DNA of 42,887 bases from Trichomonas gallinae (taxonomy: Eukaryota): positions 1-42,887 of the forward strand of contig MRSU01000203.1 of the NCBI GenBank assembly GCA_008369845.1, in the 5' to 3' direction. The position numbers and the translations under genes are program-made. Under the pieces are notes generated by a model. That model saw only the letters and a program-made list of their open reading frames with translations. It did not search any database and had not been told where the DNA came from. Below are positions 40,096 through 42,887 of this stretch, piece after piece. Within the stretch, counting starts at the first letter, position 1; every line of letters starts with the position of its first letter.

Positions 40096-40797
40096 ATGAA
40101 CGACAAAAATATTAAGAAGGTCATCTATCGGCCATTTCCTATATTTTATGCCATTGCCTTTGGTCCAATCGTCGTGACATTGATTACGATTTCTATTTTT
40201 TACATTAATCATCATAATATATCAAATAAGCTTCCAATGATTTCACACGCTGCAGCAGATCTTCCTGAAAGTAGAGTGTTTCGTATGGGAATAATTTTTA
40301 TTTCTTGGTTTATGTTTGCTGCTTTTTTGATAATCGATCGCGCATTAAAAGTCTTAAATCGTCGAGCTCATAACGCAAAATCACCATCTGTGCAGTTTTC
40401 ACGCTACATGATGAAGATATTCGATGGACTTGCTTTCTTCGGTCTAATCGGAGCATGTTCGATCACAATCAAATCTAATTCGATTTTACACACAATATCA
40501 GTTGTAATGTTCATAATTTCAATTACATTTTCTTATATTTTTATGGATTATTTGCTGGCCAAATCAAAGACTGCAAACTATCAATTGCTCTCTATTTACA
40601 CATTTACACCACCTGTTCTATTATTGATTGGCACACTCATAATCAAGTTTGCAGCTAATAAATACCAAATTTATAATTTTGGAATCATTTTACAGTACTT
40701 TGGTTGCACAATGATATTCCTTAAGTTTATCCTCATAATACACATAATTCCAGGCTTCAATATCGAATTTTCTGAAAAAGATACAAAAGCTTTTTAA
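40096..40797 (+). CDS. Frag1/DRAM/Sfk1-family membrane protein
   Basis: Six hydrophobic segments with the family motif LPMISHAAADLPESRVF and a conserved His in ILHTISVVMF. Confidence 0.8.
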   Translation: MNDKNIKKVIYRPFPIFYAIAFGPIVVTLITISIFYINHHNISNKLPMISHAAADLPESRVFRMGIIFISWFMFAAFLIIDRALKVLNRRAHNAKSPSVQFSRYMMKIFDGLAFFGLIGACSITIKSNSILHTISVVMFIISITFSYIFMDYLLAKSKTANYQLLSIYTFTPPVLLLIGTLIIKFAANKYQIYNFGIILQYFGCTMIFLKFILIIHIIPGFNIEFSEKDTKAF

Positions 40798-41171
40798 AAA
40801 TACTATTTTGTTTGATATCTGTCATTGCTTGTCTCCTTCAAACAGCAATAAAACCATCTATTTCTATTCTATCAAAACCAATTTGAATTTTATTTCAAAT
40901 ACAAAAATTATAAACAACATTTGAAAAATATACAGGAAATATCAATATACTTATGTATAATGGATTCAAAATATATACACATTTTGATCAAATGCATTAA
41001 TTCATTTTAATTCTTGATTATTTTCAGCAAAAATGATTCAACTGCACCAAAACACATCTATATTAAATGCATGAGAAGAAAAAATTTTGTTTGTAAAAAT
41101 CTCATATTCTAAATTATTAAGATACATGATTATTAATAATATTTTTAAAAACAAAAACATACTAATATATA

Positions 41172-42674
41172 TTATTCCTCCGGAATTAGCCCAAAAATTT
41201 GTCTTATTTGGAGTAGTTGCATATCTATATCTTCGTCTTCAAAATCTTCCAGATTATCTAAAAGATTTTCTCCATCAAAGCTATTAAAGATCTCTAATAA
41301 ATCATCTATACTATTATGGCCATTTCTCGTTAAGAAAAGAGTGAATGCAATAAAAATAGATAAAACTCTTCGAATTAAATCTATTTCATCAACAGCAAAC
41401 AGAGCCAATAAAGCATTATATGACTCAGGAAAAAATGCAACAGCATCTTCTGGCGCATCCTGGAATAAACTAACAAGAACATGACCCATTTTTAGTATTG
41501 AATTAAATGAAGGTTCAACAACAATGATTTCACCAGTTTCATCATTTTTCTTTGTGTGCGGGAGCAAAAATCCAAATATAATAATCGTGTGCGGAGAACG
41601 TCTATACATGCTTTTGAACTCTGGACAAGAATTTTCAATTGCAAATGCGAGAGAATCAATAATATGATAAGTTTCATCAATTTCGTATGAGTTAGCAATG
41701 AAGTAGAGTATGGTGTTATATGGGAATTGGGCTCCATCCCATCCTTTCATATACATTGTTCTCAATAAATTGCATAATTCGTAACCGTTTGTGTATCTAT
41801 TAGTATTGAAGTGTACTGCAAAGTCTATATGTATGGTTTGAAACATATCTGCGAAATTTATGATTTCTCGATTGATTAATATTTCTAAACATTTAAATAC
41901 AGATGCTTTCGAATCTATGCATTCTGATTTATAAATGTAGTCTAATATAAGCATCAATGCTGGAAAATAACTTTGCGAAGGGTCGCAAAAAAATCCATTT
42001 TCTAAATATAATAAGAATAGCTTTGCTATAGCACCAAGTAGCGATCCATATATTGGAGCCTCGTATTTAGGCACTTGTCTTGCTGTAAGAAACTCAAAAA
42101 ACATGTTTGGACAAAATGCATCGCAAAATGCTGGGATTAATTCTGGTAAAATCCTTCCAACTTTCGTTAAACACTCTATTGCATGTCTCCCTGTTTCATA
42201 AATTCCAGTATTAAAACTTCTTATACAAATATCTATTAAACCCATTTCCATCAATGGATGAATTGTAGAATTTGCCTTTTCTATTGCTTTAACAAGTGTT
42301 TGAACTATTTTTCCTATGGTTTTCACATTGATATTTAAATTTGAAGTGCGAGTAATGATTTCACCAAATATATGCATAAAATTTGGTACATTTTCAACGA
42401 ATAATCGATCTTTATCCATGAATTTTCGAAAATCGAGGAGCTTTTTGCGCAATTCTTTATCAAATAAAGGAAATTCTTCTTCATTAGCGTTTTCTAGACT
42501 TTCCAATGTACTCAAAATGCTAATTGTAATGATGTTAACCTTTTCTTCCGATGTTTTTCCTGCTAATTTGAAATTTTCATATAAATCATCATTTATTATC
42601 TCCGATATTTCATAGGATTGGACGTTTTCATTGTCTAGCTTTTCCTTTTCAGGAAATTTGTAGTCTGAATCCAT
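41172..42674 (-). CDS. Hypothetical helical (ARM/HEAT-like) protein
   Basis: 500-aa ATG-initiated ORF with amphipathic helical pattern and an acidic C-terminal helix pair. Confidence 0.75.
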   Translation of the reverse strand: MDSDYKFPEKEKLDNENVQSYEISEIINDDLYENFKLAGKTSEEKVNIITISILSTLESLENANEEEFPLFDKELRKKLLDFRKFMDKDRLFVENVPNFMHIFGEIITRTSNLNINVKTIGKIVQTLVKAIEKANSTIHPLMEMGLIDICIRSFNTGIYETGRHAIECLTKVGRILPELIPAFCDAFCPNMFFEFLTARQVPKYEAPIYGSLLGAIAKLFLLYLENGFFCDPSQSYFPALMLILDYIYKSECIDSKASVFKCLEILINREIINFADMFQTIHIDFAVHFNTNRYTNGYELCNLLRTMYMKGWDGAQFPYNTILYFIANSYEIDETYHIIDSLAFAIENSCPEFKSMYRRSPHTIIIFGFLLPHTKKNDETGEIIVVEPSFNSILKMGHVLVSLFQDAPEDAVAFFPESYNALLALFAVDEIDLIRRVLSIFIAFTLFLTRNGHNSIDDLLEIFNSFDGENLLDNLEDFEDEDIDMQLLQIRQIFGLIPEE

Positions 42675-42847
42675 ACAAAAATCGCTAAAAAATGAAAAAT
42701 GTCACATTTTATTTTGCCAACTCATCACGACTCGTTTTTTAGTCTTCAACATTTTTTGATATGGAGCCTAATCCACAAAATAAACACTTATTTACCATTC
42801 TTCAAAGGAGGGGAAACTCCACTTTTTGGGAAAATTTTAAAAGTGAC

Positions 42848-42887
42848 ATGATAAAAACGCCTCCTGCAGCTCCATCTAACGTTCCAA
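42848..42887 (+). CDS. 5' end of a gene running off the right edge (MIKTPPAAPSNVP...)
   Basis: ATG directly after AAAGTGAC (42840..42847), with a jump to coding-like GC content; open to the edge. Confidence 0.5.
   Translation, partial: MIKTPPAAPSNVP

Noticed and set aside
40047..40124. ORF-track 5' extension making GT64 overlap the Frag1/DRAM gene
   Set aside because: The extension crosses promoter-like AT-rich sequence and the opposite gene's start; ATG 40046 is more plausible.
1..42887. Autonomous transposons (Maverick, mariner, Mutator), rRNA or tRNA genes
   Set aside because: No transposase, integrase or polymerase ORFs, terminal inverted repeats, or tRNA/rRNA signatures were recognised by eye. 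Small ncRNAs could be missed without covariance-model searches.

Overview
AT-rich, gene-dense, apparently intronless eukaryotic DNA. The short intergenic spacers, TCA(C/T)T initiator elements, AAAGTGAC promoter motifs and gene content point to a trichomonad (Trichomonas vaginalis or a close relative; inferred). About 19 intact genes are present: a divergent Hsp70, a small hypothetical protein, a TPR protein, an M60-like surface metallopeptidase, a SelM/Sep15-like protein, an LRRC23-like LRR protein, a LisH FOP/FOR20-like protein, an unknown membrane protein, an SLC35F-type transporter, a TOR-like PIKK, a coiled-coil protein, a RIC1-like protein, a GYF-like protein, SCAR/WAVE, a Sec24-like protein, an IKS1-type kinase, a GT64 glycosyltransferase, a Frag1/DRAM protein and an ARM-like protein. 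There are also two edge-truncated gene starts and several decayed gene copies in the spacers. Most notable: (1) genes whose promoter geometry suggests a TTG (non-AUG) start; (2) a strand-oriented TTGACAYGTAW motif in six upstream regions; (3) a full-length TOR-like protein with a degenerate catalytic site; (4) a SelM/Sep15-fold protein without the redox motif; (5) a locally repeated pseudogene family flanking the LRRC23-like gene. No rRNA, tRNA, CRISPR or recognisable transposon was seen. All homology calls are by eye, without database searches.
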